A program made the translations under genes and the position numbers. From assembly GCA_000092065.1 (NCBI GenBank), contig CP000588.1: a DNA stretch of 64,000 nt; one strand, 5' to 3'. The stretch's first letter is position 1. Each line of letters begins with the position of its first letter. The DNA comes from Ostreococcus lucimarinus (Eukaryota). Shown in pieces: positions 45,101-53,900 of the stretch. The notes under the pieces were generated by a model, which saw only the letters and a list, made by a program, of their open reading frames with translations, searched no databases and had not been told where the DNA came from.

Positions 45101-47687
45101 AAGTCTCTGGCTTGAACATCAAAATCATTCTCAAACCGTGCTCGGGATTACTTTTCGCATCCAACTCCAACGGACTTCTAAGAAACGCACGGTTGCGTCC
45201 ACCAAGTTTACCGATCAGTTGCATCGCCTTGGCGCCGAACGGCGACCCGCTCTGTTGAGGCTTGAGCATCGCCCACAACGCGAGCATCAACTCGGATTCC
45301 ACTTCGGCTATGCACGGGTCGAGAAACTCCGGATTCAATGAATCGACCCAGAACTCTAAAGTGCGTAGGCCTAGTAAGTTCAGTTCGTTTACTGGAGCAC
45401 GAAGCGCCTTACACAGCGGCGTCGCGAGCTTCGGTAAATGTGGAAGAATTGAAGACAGCCGCGCCGGCAGAATCAGGCACAACTCTACTACGGTGTCGTG
45501 TAACTCGTGCGGATCGGGTCCGTTCAACATCTCGAGCAAGCAGTCGAGACTGGCAGGCAAAATTGGTACGACTTCTCGGTAAAGAACGTCAAACTTGGCT
45601 TGCGCCATCGCTCGAAACAAATACCGAAGTAACCTGATGTACGCCGTAGGATTCTCGTGCTCCCGTATCGCCTGCAAGCATGATTCCATCATCGTGATGA
45701 CGTGCGAGCTCAGTACAGTTTCGCAGTTGCTATGCTTACTCACCGCATGAAGTAACAATGAGAAAAGCTTTAACACTAGCTGCGCTTCTTGTGACGATTG
45801 ATCGCTTAAGCACGACAACTTTTTCTCCAATAAGTAAGTCACAAACGCATCGGCGGCATACCGGCACAATTTCGCGTTCTGCAACAACAAATGGGGAACT
45901 TGTACCATCGTTGGCAGTTCTAACATTCCCGTGAAAAAGTGATCAAAGTGTAAGCAGATAATATCAACGAAATTTCGCGGTTCTAATACCGCCAAAGCTT
46001 CGGAAAAGTGCGTGCACATTTCTGTGCACTCCGTGCCCTTGAACAACTGCATGCACTTCACTCCGTTGCGAATAAATCCAGCCGAGCGCCTGAGCTCCAT
46101 GCTATCCAGTCCCAAGTCGGTGGGTTCAGAACCATTAAAGTTCGTAATACTCCACAGAAGTGTCTTCATACCGATTGTCAATGTTTTGATGATGGCTTTG
46201 CTATCTGAAAGCGATCTGAGCTTCTCGTGACTAGGGAGCTCTGGATCCTTCTCATCGTTAGCAGCGGCGTTCTTTGCGCCGCTCGCCGTTTCATCAACTT
46301 TTTTGCTCGCCGTTCCTTCAGCGCTGTCTACTTTAGGTGGCCCTGCAGCTTTGTCAGTTTTCGCCACCTTTGCCTTGATAGCTTTCTCTAAATCGTTCGC
46401 AGTCTCTAAGAGCTCGGGGACATTCGAACGCAGCGTTCTAAACTTTGCTACAGTGGCGTACATGATGTGCACTAAAAGATGCCGAGCCTGCTCCGCTTGG
46501 GTCTTCTCACTGCGCATGCGGAATATGGATTCTACAAGATGGTGCATCAGCCTCGCGCATGTCATGTGCGTCGACATTGGCAAAGTAGTATCTTGCATGT
46601 TCCGACTAAAGATGTGCACAGCTCGGCGAATCTGCGGTAGCGTAAGCTCCGCCTTCATATGATGCACTAGTTCAGCGAGGAACGAGTAAGCCAGCGGTCG
46701 CAAACTTTCAATGCACATTCGCCCCGTACCGACGAGGATATCATCATCCATCATCAAATCCAAATGCGCAAAGAACCGTTTGCAAAATGCAGGAACGCTC
46801 AGCACGTGGCGCGTGGCGACCAAGAGCTCCTTGCGCGTCGCTACGACATCTGGACAAGTCTTCAGCAACGAGACTATGGCGTCAGAGACCGCTTCTTGGT
46901 ACGGCTCCACTAGAGACGCGCTACCTCGAAGAAGATACGCGATGAAGCTGATCGTTTTCACTTGAGCCGCTTTCAGGTCGCAAAATATCGTTCGCATCGT
47001 CGGCGACATTGAGTCAGAATCGTGGCCTTCCAAGCTTGTAAACTTCACCATGAGCGGTATCATCGCCGATACTTCAGTCTGTATATTGCGATTGTAGAGC
47101 TGATAAAGCAACATGACGATGAGTGGACACTCTGTCATCACTTTAAACGACTCCAACGCCGGTATCTCACATGGATTCGACGGCTTCTCTTTCCGCCCGC
47201 GCTGCTTCACCGTCCCGCCCAGAATGTTCTCAACGCACTCCTCTGCCGAGGTGTATACGTCGGAAACGAACGCTAAAAACGGCGAGCGACGCTCATCCAT
47301 TGAAGGTCTAAAGTTTCGGTGCAAGTCAAAGATGATTCGCAAACATAGCAGCGCGTTCTTCTCGTTCTCCGACGCCAACGGGTCCAAAGCCAAATTCAAC
47401 AGTTCCTGCTCATACGGCCGTAGGACCTCGTTAAACGGCAATCTATTCAAAATCTCGTAAATGACATGACGCAGTGCATTCTCTTCGTCATCTACCAGCG
47501 TCGGTTCCGTCTTCTTCGTTAGGATCTCTTTGAAAATCGGGAAATAGCTCTTGAGAAAGTGCACGTATTCGCTCGTGTGCACGACTTCAATACCATCTCG
47601 CACGTTCGTCGCGATCTCTATCTGCTCGGAAGTCGACGCTGCGTTTAGCAATCGCTGTGCCTGCGCTCCATACGCCGTCTGCGCCAT
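36156..47687 (-). CDS. TRRAP: TRRAP/Tra1 (transformation/transcription domain-associated protein; HAT-complex scaffold, PIKK-like pseudokinase) as a single 11.5 kb exon
   Basis: 3,843-aa uninterrupted ORF from ATG 47685-47687 (MAQTAYGAQAQRLLNAAS...; track start 47741 is TTG). HEAT-repeat body. FAT-region signatures (...PNVIQALLEGISLSQPQLKIPSELSKFLGKTFNAWHTAIALLENHV...). PI3K-like kinase-like domain (RRNGNCLRRLEFLGTDGSSKQFLVQTSL...RGEERMVQLLSTLNGVL). FATC-like tail ending AIWAPWY. Confidence 0.9.
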   Translation of the reverse strand: MAQTAYGAQAQRLLNAASTSEQIEIATNVRDGIEVVHTSEYVHFLKSYFPIFKEILTKKTEPTLVDDEENALRHVIYEILNRLPFNEVLRPYEQELLNLALDPLASENEKNALLCLRIIFDLHRNFRPSMDERRSPFLAFVSDVYTSAEECVENILGGTVKQRGRKEKPSNPCEIPALESFKVMTECPLIVMLLYQLYNRNIQTEVSAMIPLMVKFTSLEGHDSDSMSPTMRTIFCDLKAAQVKTISFIAYLLRGSASLVEPYQEAVSDAIVSLLKTCPDVVATRKELLVATRHVLSVPAFCKRFFAHLDLMMDDDILVGTGRMCIESLRPLAYSFLAELVHHMKAELTLPQIRRAVHIFSRNMQDTTLPMSTHMTCARLMHHLVESIFRMRSEKTQAEQARHLLVHIMYATVAKFRTLRSNVPELLETANDLEKAIKAKVAKTDKAAGPPKVDSAEGTASKKVDETASGAKNAAANDEKDPELPSHEKLRSLSDSKAIIKTLTIGMKTLLWSITNFNGSEPTDLGLDSMELRRSAGFIRNGVKCMQLFKGTECTEMCTHFSEALAVLEPRNFVDIICLHFDHFFTGMLELPTMVQVPHLLLQNAKLCRYAADAFVTYLLEKKLSCLSDQSSQEAQLVLKLFSLLLHAVSKHSNCETVLSSHVITMMESCLQAIREHENPTAYIRLLRYLFRAMAQAKFDVLYREVVPILPASLDCLLEMLNGPDPHELHDTVVELCLILPARLSSILPHLPKLATPLCKALRAPVNELNLLGLRTLEFWVDSLNPEFLDPCIAEVESELMLALWAMLKPQQSGSPFGAKAMQLIGKLGGRNRAFLRSPLELDAKSNPEHGLRMILMFKPETSFLVPLDRCIVLMQNILSTPLIPNVKASEALIRHRRQALTFIRTCLISALNLSAGHALSGSVEQIESAIEAAISNGWGKKFDSATVAEGSTQLGNKTKSQLVAEQNVFKQLVITVIAAECDPTLKETDETFMDSVCEHMAMLFVSNAVRPEQPVADRMDHDSIDRPRSMNLKILETTLFLDALMKSLESPKQVHLNATLKTIGTFIDAVLILTRDEVDEIQAAEDTMEKKPTPKKSKKKTMDVDESSYPKLAAFIEALLPRLVHCCYKQEAHCIIGGVAGLDRLCKSLPTSILKSRLPDILPAIMRAIQLLPVYAMTQKKEAEEVFLRIIERSIPSGSEPPTVIEGDSGDGVAASVSILLEELRSVASTCACRTAVEKALLGIAERTSTTMESILSQSKSHLTVLLEKPLQTRHVLAQIQLVKFVDFCLIRSPSLIPLKDMSVQTSPGAFFNAVLLVAESDDNTVLNVETQENESLSTLRQSCVKVLSTALSTPEFSKSDSSADIVAVRERISTVLFTSLTSRNGDIVAIAKRGLVEVKPHMNKNTLKQSVSPILMNLQHLSKLTIPLLEALEYLLELLAEWFSPTLGEKLLEHIKYWLELDASAPSVPGQIRKSPKDAKLIASIVNLFHLLPKLRDGKSDAKANEPKLTPFDFIKPLVRDVMAIEATMPPESVYSEANSLYTVPLTKFLCKYPKESIAYFLARLDQPEHFSLFVKILKLSEGAELLNALTATSSKLLRVIFGANGELDEHDKIAMKDLQKNKDPQLAYYNGLKLLSTIVKIMPKWLSEESAILTQLDECWDSEERADRLLNGYTNSLPAMMESKYLVKCFLSVVKGDRSQVQILFKIMPVLCKCSVVDYTFVREFIKSEVVDVYTPAERNAVLTQFLTEFREQAEAGGEADPDVLVTALKVLINPMLEKVLVGCADEDGEASSEALEVVTDEFVNELVDDVLEPSDGDNTTLYNESLLIQLLQLSTLLIRHVPKTLVNHRKELIKFGWNHLKREDSSSKQWAFVNISYFLQAYQAPEKIILQVFVALLRAYQPEQKSLVTEALDALTPALPLRLQPGEHKHPIWIRYTKKSLIEDGHSLPQLVHIWNLIVRHSKLFYSSRAQFVGQMVNLLSRLGLPTSSSHSNRVLSVDLVELIISWENDRITGVGSNEAEPSTTGKRKAAESPERDEEVTTPTRRGKKGTKKSKKEEAESKSPGRSKRASRSAKQTKEEEEATEEMVSDLPDTEKLKSMPKSADDQDEEKEFETSPAMAEIIVNFLVRMTFITGEGKDQDAQVLNVRTLDLLSKALAMWPSVRIKFTFIDKLLTLANQAQRDPTSTLIMGLSVLKCALKTPDYEFVTESIQQTLRLIEPSYSSASREAHGLLGEVIGEILKCNGDSNGKHDADIEELRQHIGVFYVKCTEDAIISKSSPNNDQANTSLAGILTVVESEAVFAASKIDTYLPNLMKVLARMTHELNTASAAGELQAAHPKRGQAPPEVLEPEYGSVAYCMAKCIKILSQRVIAAGSDQKQIFLRLLLQLINDKSTHGNVLMAILDAMVTWTDDLALGEGGAPEDNDTRVGSLNAKETVLFLSKLAQLTRMGLAITQTQAWEEKLLGAIYKLCAPEGKHDPAVRTEVFLKVERTHLLGLRTRRPELRKKFFALYHDAIGKSLFQRLQYILTIQDWDAMADTFWLMQGLDLILSTLAEDERIMLAPNSALITPLLPIDSETKKPLPVPAKSKNAKANPAELDDLIKRHAKFLHEKAQIRVNDLMSPLRQVATRNAHIAYYLWVLIFPIVWATLQREEQLQLAKPMIGLLSKESHLRQAAVRPNVIQALLEGISLSQPQLKIPSELSKFLGKTFNAWHTAIALLENHVVRYPQEARCFDALSELYRLLNEQDVLVGLWMQRCQSDVTRAGLSLVQHGHWQDAQDVFFKGIQLATAGQAPGVSKTEMCLWETQWLNSAKQLNQWDLISDFSRTVEHSELMVQSMWRLSDWAGVKDLMPSGTLNEIEETPEITTVRAFASLVSGRVREAEQHWANAVKSSLDRWWRLPETGSTCHIPSLHMFNAIAEVQESTRILLELSNTQRRGVQGITNNRTLVQDIMETWRLRTPNEWDPVPWWSEILMWRGNMHNIMTHAAKQIGEQNPAMLQVTQQLDQLGQRERAWSLNKFARAARKQRLPEVALNILSRHQGQVEVSEAFSKLREQCEAYLAFENEAITGINLLESASLEFFSPPQKAELFRLRAKFQEQLEDYDAAHASYSTSVSLCKQRAESWLSWGKFCRMRGDDGSISNIAQQTATCYLQAVKHNVHENRHQLIHVIQMLAFDVNPEPISLAIVRHLDALPTWVWIPWIPQLLLSLAHQEQAYALAILKDVAAAHPQAVYYQLRTCLLERRDSAARATQTARTIAEKSGATQKSSSAPGTPLPPDVAAAASRAKDANWAFEAAKEIMEHIRTRHGNLVGELEVLLSELGTKFACTPEERLLVVVYTLLHRCYKYPAATTGEVPESFKKELIGVCKACFSADTSAKHADFVEEYKASYERELNPEESTFPTTVAELMVKLKAWKQRLLNDVEDRLPATLRLEAESDQLRNVTFHEIEIPGQYSGDLTFGVTDRFVKLERIGADVHVVRRNGNCLRRLEFLGTDGSSKQFLVQTSLTPAARGEERMVQLLSTLNGVLAKHTETRRRNMCYYTPAIVPVWPQVRLLEDDDANGTYAEVYDANCARYGREADLPITLFKAALDPAILGEVTGTEEVLELRLKALMEITQKHVTENIFSQYMYKTLPSSSHLWTFKRQLSQQLAMSSFLSALLRIGGRTPNKIMFAKNTGKIFMLDFHPAFDQKGIVEYIEPVPFRLTRNLHTFFTPFGVKGDFVASMASAAQACTAPEADLEAHLELFFRDQLMVWPWRRMGGDTPPVSPSPSEIKNMARANVQEVLRRLPIIAPTPVLPDTSDTVPSVQKAVLHLVDAALNIRNVSRSAAIWAPWY

Positions 47688-48156
47688 GATCACCGCCCTC
47701 GATCGCCCTCGAACTCGACTTGAGCACGGATTTGATGCCAATTGTTAGGGCAGAGGTCCGATCGGTCGAATTGCGACGAATGCTCCGCGACGAGGCGCGC
47801 GTTTTCGATCTACAATCGCGCCAATACGATCGAAGAGGGTTCTTCTTTCGTTTACCGCGGCCAATCGAAGGAGTGGGCGCGCACGCGTCGATCTAGCGCA
47901 CGATTCAGCCGGCGAATTCGCGATCGGAATTGCCGCGAGGGTTCTAGAGGGAAAATAAGCGCACAGGAATTTTAGCGGTGTCGTTCGTTGGTACAGACGA
48001 GTGTCACACAGCTCGGTACCATCGTGCTGATTGAGACGACGAACATCGTTAAGATGGGGGCTTGTTAAGTTTACAACGCGAATGTTCTACACATAGAAAA
48101 GTAAGAAGTGTGAGACGCTGAGACGTCGGCGACGTCCACAGCCACATATTAGTCTG

Positions 48157-50097
48157 TTACGCATCTTCGGAGATGTTGGTCGTCTCTTTTGACTCGTTCG
48201 TTCGAGCTGGCAGAGCATCGTTGGACGAGCTTTTCTCATCGAGCCACTCAAACTTGCACAAAACGCCAGCGCAGGACTTGCTGTCGTGTACGTATTCGTC
48301 GTCGCGCGCGAGCAACGGTACAATGCGGACGCCTTCGCGCAAAGCGCTAACGGCGACGTCGTAGTGTGCGAGGAACTCATCGCGCGCGCCATCTTTGTCC
48401 ATGGCTTGGATTTGTAGCACCGTGAGTTCGGGCTCGCGAATTTCCAAGTCAAAGTGCTCGTTCCAAATGGGTTGAGCGCACGGACCGACTCGTGCCTTGG
48501 AGTACACCGACGTTCTCATTGAATTCCCTCTGGAAGTCGCGGACAAGCGATCGGCGACGCAACCGAAGAGGGAAATCTTCATGAACGTATCCGGTGCCGA
48601 CATGAAATCGGCATCCTTGAAATTTTCCCAACCTAGTCCGCAGAAGACGTGTATGCGCAGAATTCTAGGCTTGGTCGGTCTTTGAACCGACGGGTTGATT
48701 AAATAGTCGGGCTTTTTCACGTAACCGCACCCACCGTTGACCGCAAACTTGGCTTGGTTCACCCACATATATCTGTCTTGCGCCTGAAAGTTGAGCGCGA
48801 CGAGCGATGCGCCTATGGACCACGCGTCGGAGGGATCGTAATTGTTACTCATGATGCGTTGACCGCCCGGGTACGTGCGAAGCAAATGCGCCTTGGTGAA
48901 TTCGAGCAAATCCTTTTGGCTCGACTTTTCGACTAATTTCTTGGCCTTGTTCTCGCTCCAACTGCAAGAAAACTTTGTACCGAGATCTTTCGCTTCCTTG
49001 AAACCATGAAACTTCAAATTTCGCAATGAGACGAGTGCCTTGATGTCCTCGTCGTCCTCGCCGCCGTCGTCCTCGCTCGTCCCATCGGAGTCTTCAGGAA
49101 CGCCTGCAGGCGCACTTTTGGAGAGGTTGACCACGGAGTTCGCCACCGAGAGCTTGTTTTTCCCAGTTGAAAGTGTAGCTTTGGTGCTCTCCTGTAGAAG
49201 CTTCCGAGTAGACTTAGACTTGCCCCTCGAGGATATCGCCTCGAACACTTTTCCGACGCCGAACGATGCGTTCTTGACTTCGTCTTGCTTGTGCTTCACC
49301 TTGTCCCGAATTATCACTTTACCCTTCAACTCGGCCGGCGATGGCCAGCGGTCCAACACGTATGATTCTTCTTCGCCTTCGCCTTCGCCTTTCGACGGCG
49401 GCGTCCAGAGTTTATCGCCGAACGTGTGTCGCATGATTTTCGCCATCACCGCGCGCGTCTCCCGACTCGCGTGATTCTCCAAAGTCACAATCACCGGATA
49501 CTCGCTAGCTACGTGTGCCCTGTCGTTGATAACCGCGATCGCGTCCTTAAACAACATCGGGCGCACCGCCGTCCCTCCGTGCGTGATGATCGGCCCCTTC
49601 GACCCTCCGTCGTAACAGTCCAGCTCGACGACTCTGCACCCGCGTTCGAGCGCCCACGCGATGGCCGAACTCGTCGACCTCGAGAACAACTGTCCGCCGT
49701 CCAAGTACGTATTATGCGAAGAATTCACAAAATAGTGCGACAATTCATCCGTCATCGACGCCTCGTCCACCTCCGAGCGCGCGAACGGAAAATTCTTCTC
49801 GCTCGTCAGCGCCCGCTTCGCGAACTTTCGCATCTTCACCGCGCCCTCCTCCGCCTCCCCGCAACGCTCGATCACCGCCTCCGCCTCCTCCCGCGTCATC
49901 CCCTGCGTCGTCATCATAAACTCCATCGCCTTCTCTATCGACACGCGCGCGTCCCTCCCTTCGCCCGTCGTTCCCTCGCGCAAGCGCGCATCCAGGACGC
50001 GCCAATCGAATTCGGCGTTGAACGCGATTCGCCGCGCGTCCCACCCTTGCCCGGACGTCCTGCGCGCCGTGACGCACGCCGACGCGCAGACGCCCAT
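48157..50097 (-). CDS. PLC: phosphoinositide-specific phospholipase C (X and Y catalytic boxes + C2 domain)
   Basis: X-box LSHYFVNSSHNTYLDGGQLFSRSTSSAIAWALERGCRVVELDCYDG...IITHGGT...VIVTLENH. Y-box KAHLLRTYPGGQRIMSNNYDPSDAWSIGASLVALNFQAQDRYMWVNQAKFAVNGGCGYVKKP. C-terminal C2. Start set at ATG 50095-50097, MGVCASAC (N-myristoylation-type MGxxxS plus Cys); the Arg-rich track extension to 50667 is rejected. Confidence 0.85.
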   Translation of the reverse strand: MGVCASACVTARRTSGQGWDARRIAFNAEFDWRVLDARLREGTTGEGRDARVSIEKAMEFMMTTQGMTREEAEAVIERCGEAEEGAVKMRKFAKRALTSEKNFPFARSEVDEASMTDELSHYFVNSSHNTYLDGGQLFSRSTSSAIAWALERGCRVVELDCYDGGSKGPIITHGGTAVRPMLFKDAIAVINDRAHVASEYPVIVTLENHASRETRAVMAKIMRHTFGDKLWTPPSKGEGEGEEESYVLDRWPSPAELKGKVIIRDKVKHKQDEVKNASFGVGKVFEAISSRGKSKSTRKLLQESTKATLSTGKNKLSVANSVVNLSKSAPAGVPEDSDGTSEDDGGEDDEDIKALVSLRNLKFHGFKEAKDLGTKFSCSWSENKAKKLVEKSSQKDLLEFTKAHLLRTYPGGQRIMSNNYDPSDAWSIGASLVALNFQAQDRYMWVNQAKFAVNGGCGYVKKPDYLINPSVQRPTKPRILRIHVFCGLGWENFKDADFMSAPDTFMKISLFGCVADRLSATSRGNSMRTSVYSKARVGPCAQPIWNEHFDLEIREPELTVLQIQAMDKDGARDEFLAHYDVAVSALREGVRIVPLLARDDEYVHDSKSCAGVLCKFEWLDEKSSSNDALPARTNESKETTNISEDA

Positions 50098-50352
50098 CGC
50101 GGACCCCGTGCGCGCGCGCGCGTCCGTCCCACCGCGCGCGCGGCGTTCTGCGCCGACGAACGCGTCCCGCGCGCGGGCGCCCGGAGACGCAACGGTCGAC
50201 GGTTCGATCGATCGATCGATCGCGCGATGTCTTCGCGAACCTCGCGTCGAGGGATACATGTGCGCGTCGAACCTCGACGCGAGGTTCGCGAGGACACCGC
50301 GGCGTCGATCGCGGTCGCGCGCGGCGTCGCGATCGACGATCGCGCGCGGCAG

Positions 50353-50379
50353 ACGACGACGACGACGACGACGACGACG
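50353..50379. repeat. (ACG)9 microsatellite immediately 5' of the FHA-domain gene ATG
   Basis: Perfect 27-nt run followed directly by ATG 50380. Confidence 0.95.
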
Positions 50380-50874
50380 ATGGCGACGGCGACGGCGACG
50401 GCGACGGTGGTTCGACCGACGCGCGCGACGACGCGACGGGCGGCGACGCGCGCGACGACGCGCGCGCGCGCGGCGCGCGAGGGCGACGCGAACGCGCGCG
50501 CGCGGTTCGAGCTGCGAAACTGCGGGGACAAATCGATGGCGCACCTGGACGCGCCGGTGCGCGCGCCGGGAGATCTGACGATCGAGGCGACGAAGAGCGT
50601 GATCGGACGACAGCGGTCGGAGGCGGTGAACCTGCCGATCGAGGTGCCGACGGTGAGCGGGGCGCACGCGATGATCGATTTGGTGGACGGGAAGGTGATG
50701 GTGACGGATTTGACGTCGACGAACGGGACGTTTATCGATGGGGAGGAGCTGTTGCCGGGCGTGCCGACGCAGTTGGTGGTGGGGGGGGAGGTGATTTTTG
50801 GGGATGAGTTTCTCGCGCGGTTCGAGCTGGTGGAGACGGCGGACGAGGGGAGCGGCGACGACGCCGCGGATTGA
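50380..50874 (+). CDS. small FHA-domain protein with Thr/Ala/Arg-rich N-terminus
   Basis: FHA fold signature ...SVIGRQRSEAVNLPIEVPTVSGAHAMIDLVDGKVMVTDLTSTNGTFIDGEELLPGVPTQLVVGGEVIFGD. ATG 50380 immediately follows an (ACG)9 repeat, giving MATATATATVVRPTRATTRRAATRATTRARAARE... (transit-peptide-like). The track extension from 49426 overlaps the PLC gene. Confidence 0.5.
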   Translation: MATATATATVVRPTRATTRRAATRATTRARAAREGDANARARFELRNCGDKSMAHLDAPVRAPGDLTIEATKSVIGRQRSEAVNLPIEVPTVSGAHAMIDLVDGKVMVTDLTSTNGTFIDGEELLPGVPTQLVVGGEVIFGDEFLARFELVETADEGSGDDAAD

Positions 50875-50969
50875 CTGCTGCGCGGCGTGTTTCGATCGCG
50901 AAGAGACGCGCCGAAGGAGATGTAATGTTATGTTCTCATTAAAAGTACATAGATATGTGCATCGCGTTA

Positions 50970-53900
50970 CTAAATTGGTTGCGGGCGCGACTGCACGATT
51001 ATTACGGCTTCGTCGTCGCCGAGCACGCCGCCTTCAACGTCTTGCGCCGCGCCGAGCGCGGTTTCGAGTTCAATCGCCGCCTTCAAAAGCCGTCGTCCGA
51101 GACGCGCTCTCGCGTCTGCGTTCGTGCTGAGTTCTTGTCGTGAGTAGTCCACTGATTCCATCGTCACTTTGCCAAACGTCGGTGCGCCGTACCTGCATCG
51201 CAGCGAAGACGCGTGATTGGCGTACGCGAGCACATCCACGGCGCCGGTGGCGCGGTCGATCTCAAAACGCCAAGGCGTGCCGTCGATACCGCTCGCGAGT
51301 GTTTCACCTAAACCGACACACACCTCAGCTTGTACAGATTTTGCGCCTCGAATCGGGCTTTGTGTGTGAAGGACGAATGAGAGCGCGTTCGGCGACAGTT
51401 CCTGCGCCAGCACCGCCATGCGCGCTTCGGATTGTTTTACGCCTGCGGCGCGGCGCGCGAGCACGGCGCGACGCGAGTACAGCGACGCCCAGACGTCAGC
51501 AATAGCACGTTGTACTTCGGTGACGTTTTGTGCATCGATGCCCACGACACTTTCGTACAGTCCGGCCGCGGACATGCCGCTTAAATCTTCCACGTTTGCG
51601 CTCGATCGCACGACCAGGCGAGCGCTCGCGTCTAATGCCGAGCACGCCCTCTCGACGATCTCGCGCTCTGGTAGGTTTTCGACGATAAAACTTTGGATCG
51701 CCGAGCACGCGTCGTCGATGTCGTGCACGCTGACGCTTTCGAGAGCGAGCAAAAGTTGACCAAATCGCTCTTCGTCGCGAATCGACGCTTCCATGGATCC
51801 GAAAGGCACGACGAATCCCGAGGGCGCTTTAAACGCCGCACTATCGCGAGCGATGATCGCCAAGCGACTGCACGTCGACGATTTCGCGCCAGCGTTTGAG
51901 ATCGTGGCTTCCGCCAAGGGCAGACACGTCATCACGTTCACCATAGCGCACGCCGTTGGCGACACGGCCGCGTGCGACACCGCATGACCGGATTCCCGCG
52001 AATCGCGCGTTCCATCGAAATCGCGCAACTCGGTATGTAATGAAGACACGTTCAAAACGGTGTCTTTTCCCACGCGCGTGCTCACTTTAGATCGAGCTTC
52101 CCCACTTAGTGCGCTAACGAGGGGCGTGCGCTCTTGCCTCGCTCGAATTGCGAGGTGTGACAAATGTGCCAACTCGTCGCGCAAGATGACTCCCTTCACA
52201 TTGCTTCCCGCCGACGAAATCTCTTCATCTCCATCGACCTCGGAGACAAACGCTATGATGTCCTTGTCTCCGTGCACTTGAACGCTCTCTGGATTCAAAC
52301 GGTCCAAAAGTACGAGCACGCCTTGCGCGTCTCCGGGGACGATCGGATCGAACCCGTCCCCGTCAACATTGCGTTCAACCACCTCCGACATCATCTCGAT
52401 CGTTCTAGAGAGTTGGAAAGCCACGCTCGCACGAATGACAGACTCGACAAATGTCGCGCCGACGTGGTGTTCCAGACCAAATGCGTCGGCAAGTTGTGCG
52501 GGAGCGTCGCCGAAACCACTCATGACGGCTCTCGTTTGCGATTCGATGAGTCGCCTTGCGCGTTGTAGCGTTGCCTTCAAGCGAAGGGCCGCATTTCCGT
52601 CCTCGATCGCGGGTGTGCTCGTAGTCCAAGACATGAGCTCACGTGCGATGATTCCAGTCTCGAGGGACTTCCATCCCGAAAGACCGATGTGTTTCAAAGC
52701 GAGCGCAGAAACGTTCGCCGCGTGCTGCATGTTGTCTGACTTCTCTCGCTCCATGAGATTATTGCAGCGCGCTAATAACACAAACGCGTACTCCTCCAGC
52801 GACATTTCTACCTGTCGCCAGGCGTGCCGTTGTCGCACGGAATCATCCGGAGCGTCGTTTCGCATCCCCGTGCTGAGACCGGCGCAAAAGTACGATCGTA
52901 GCCGTGTGCAGACGTCTAGCGTGTGACGCAGCGTTGCACCTTCATGATTGAGCCAGCCGTCGTTGAGATTGTTGAGCGAGTGTTGCAGTTCGCTAAGTTC
53001 GCCGATGAGCGGTTCCGTTTCCTCGTCTAAAGTCCCCCTAAGGCTATCGAGACGCTCAAACACGCCGGTGGCGTTGAAGAAACGTTTGAGTTCTCTGTGG
53101 AACTCGCGAAACTCGCGAACGAAGTCTTCAGAGTACTCGCCCTCACGCGCGGTGATTCGTTCTAACACAACTTCGGTTGCGATTAAATCCTCTGGCCCAG
53201 CGTTCCGATGCAGCTTGTTCTGAATCGTGTGTTTGATGGTTTTCTTCAAATCCTCCGGAATGTCGTTTCTGTGCGCTATGTCCCGAATTCGCGTCAGCGG
53301 CACGGCGTTCGTGAACTCTTCGTTGAACGAAGGTAGCCAAGGGTGGACTTGACGCATAACAACGCGCTCAACTTCGCCCAAATCCGTTCCGTGACGATAC
53401 ATCGCGCCCTGCACCTGCTCCATACTTATAAATATCCCCCGACCCACCATCGCCGGTCCGTTTGGACGACGATGACCTCCACTCTCCACGCACTTGATCG
53501 TCCCGGTGCTTATCCAACGCAAATACGTCGCGCTCACAGCCAACTTATCGCGCGTGATCTCTTTTCCGATACCGATTTGATTCGCCACGGCCGCGAGCTT
53601 CTCGAACCACGACCCGCCGCTTTCGTCCGCGAGCACGACGGCTCGCGCCGCGCTCGCTTCTTCCAAATTGCCCACATCCCAACGCATCGTCGCCGGCCGA
53701 TCGCTCGTGTGCTCGTTCGACTGCATCATCCGTACCTCACCGCCGCTCCATCCCTTCGCGCTCGTCGAGACCGACGGCGGCTCGCCGCCGCCGCCGTCGT
53801 CGTCGCGAGCCTCCGCTCGAGCGTCCTCGCGCGTCTCGCCTCCTCCTCCACCTCCTCCACCATCGCGCGTCACCGCGCACGCTCCGTCTCCGTACACTCC

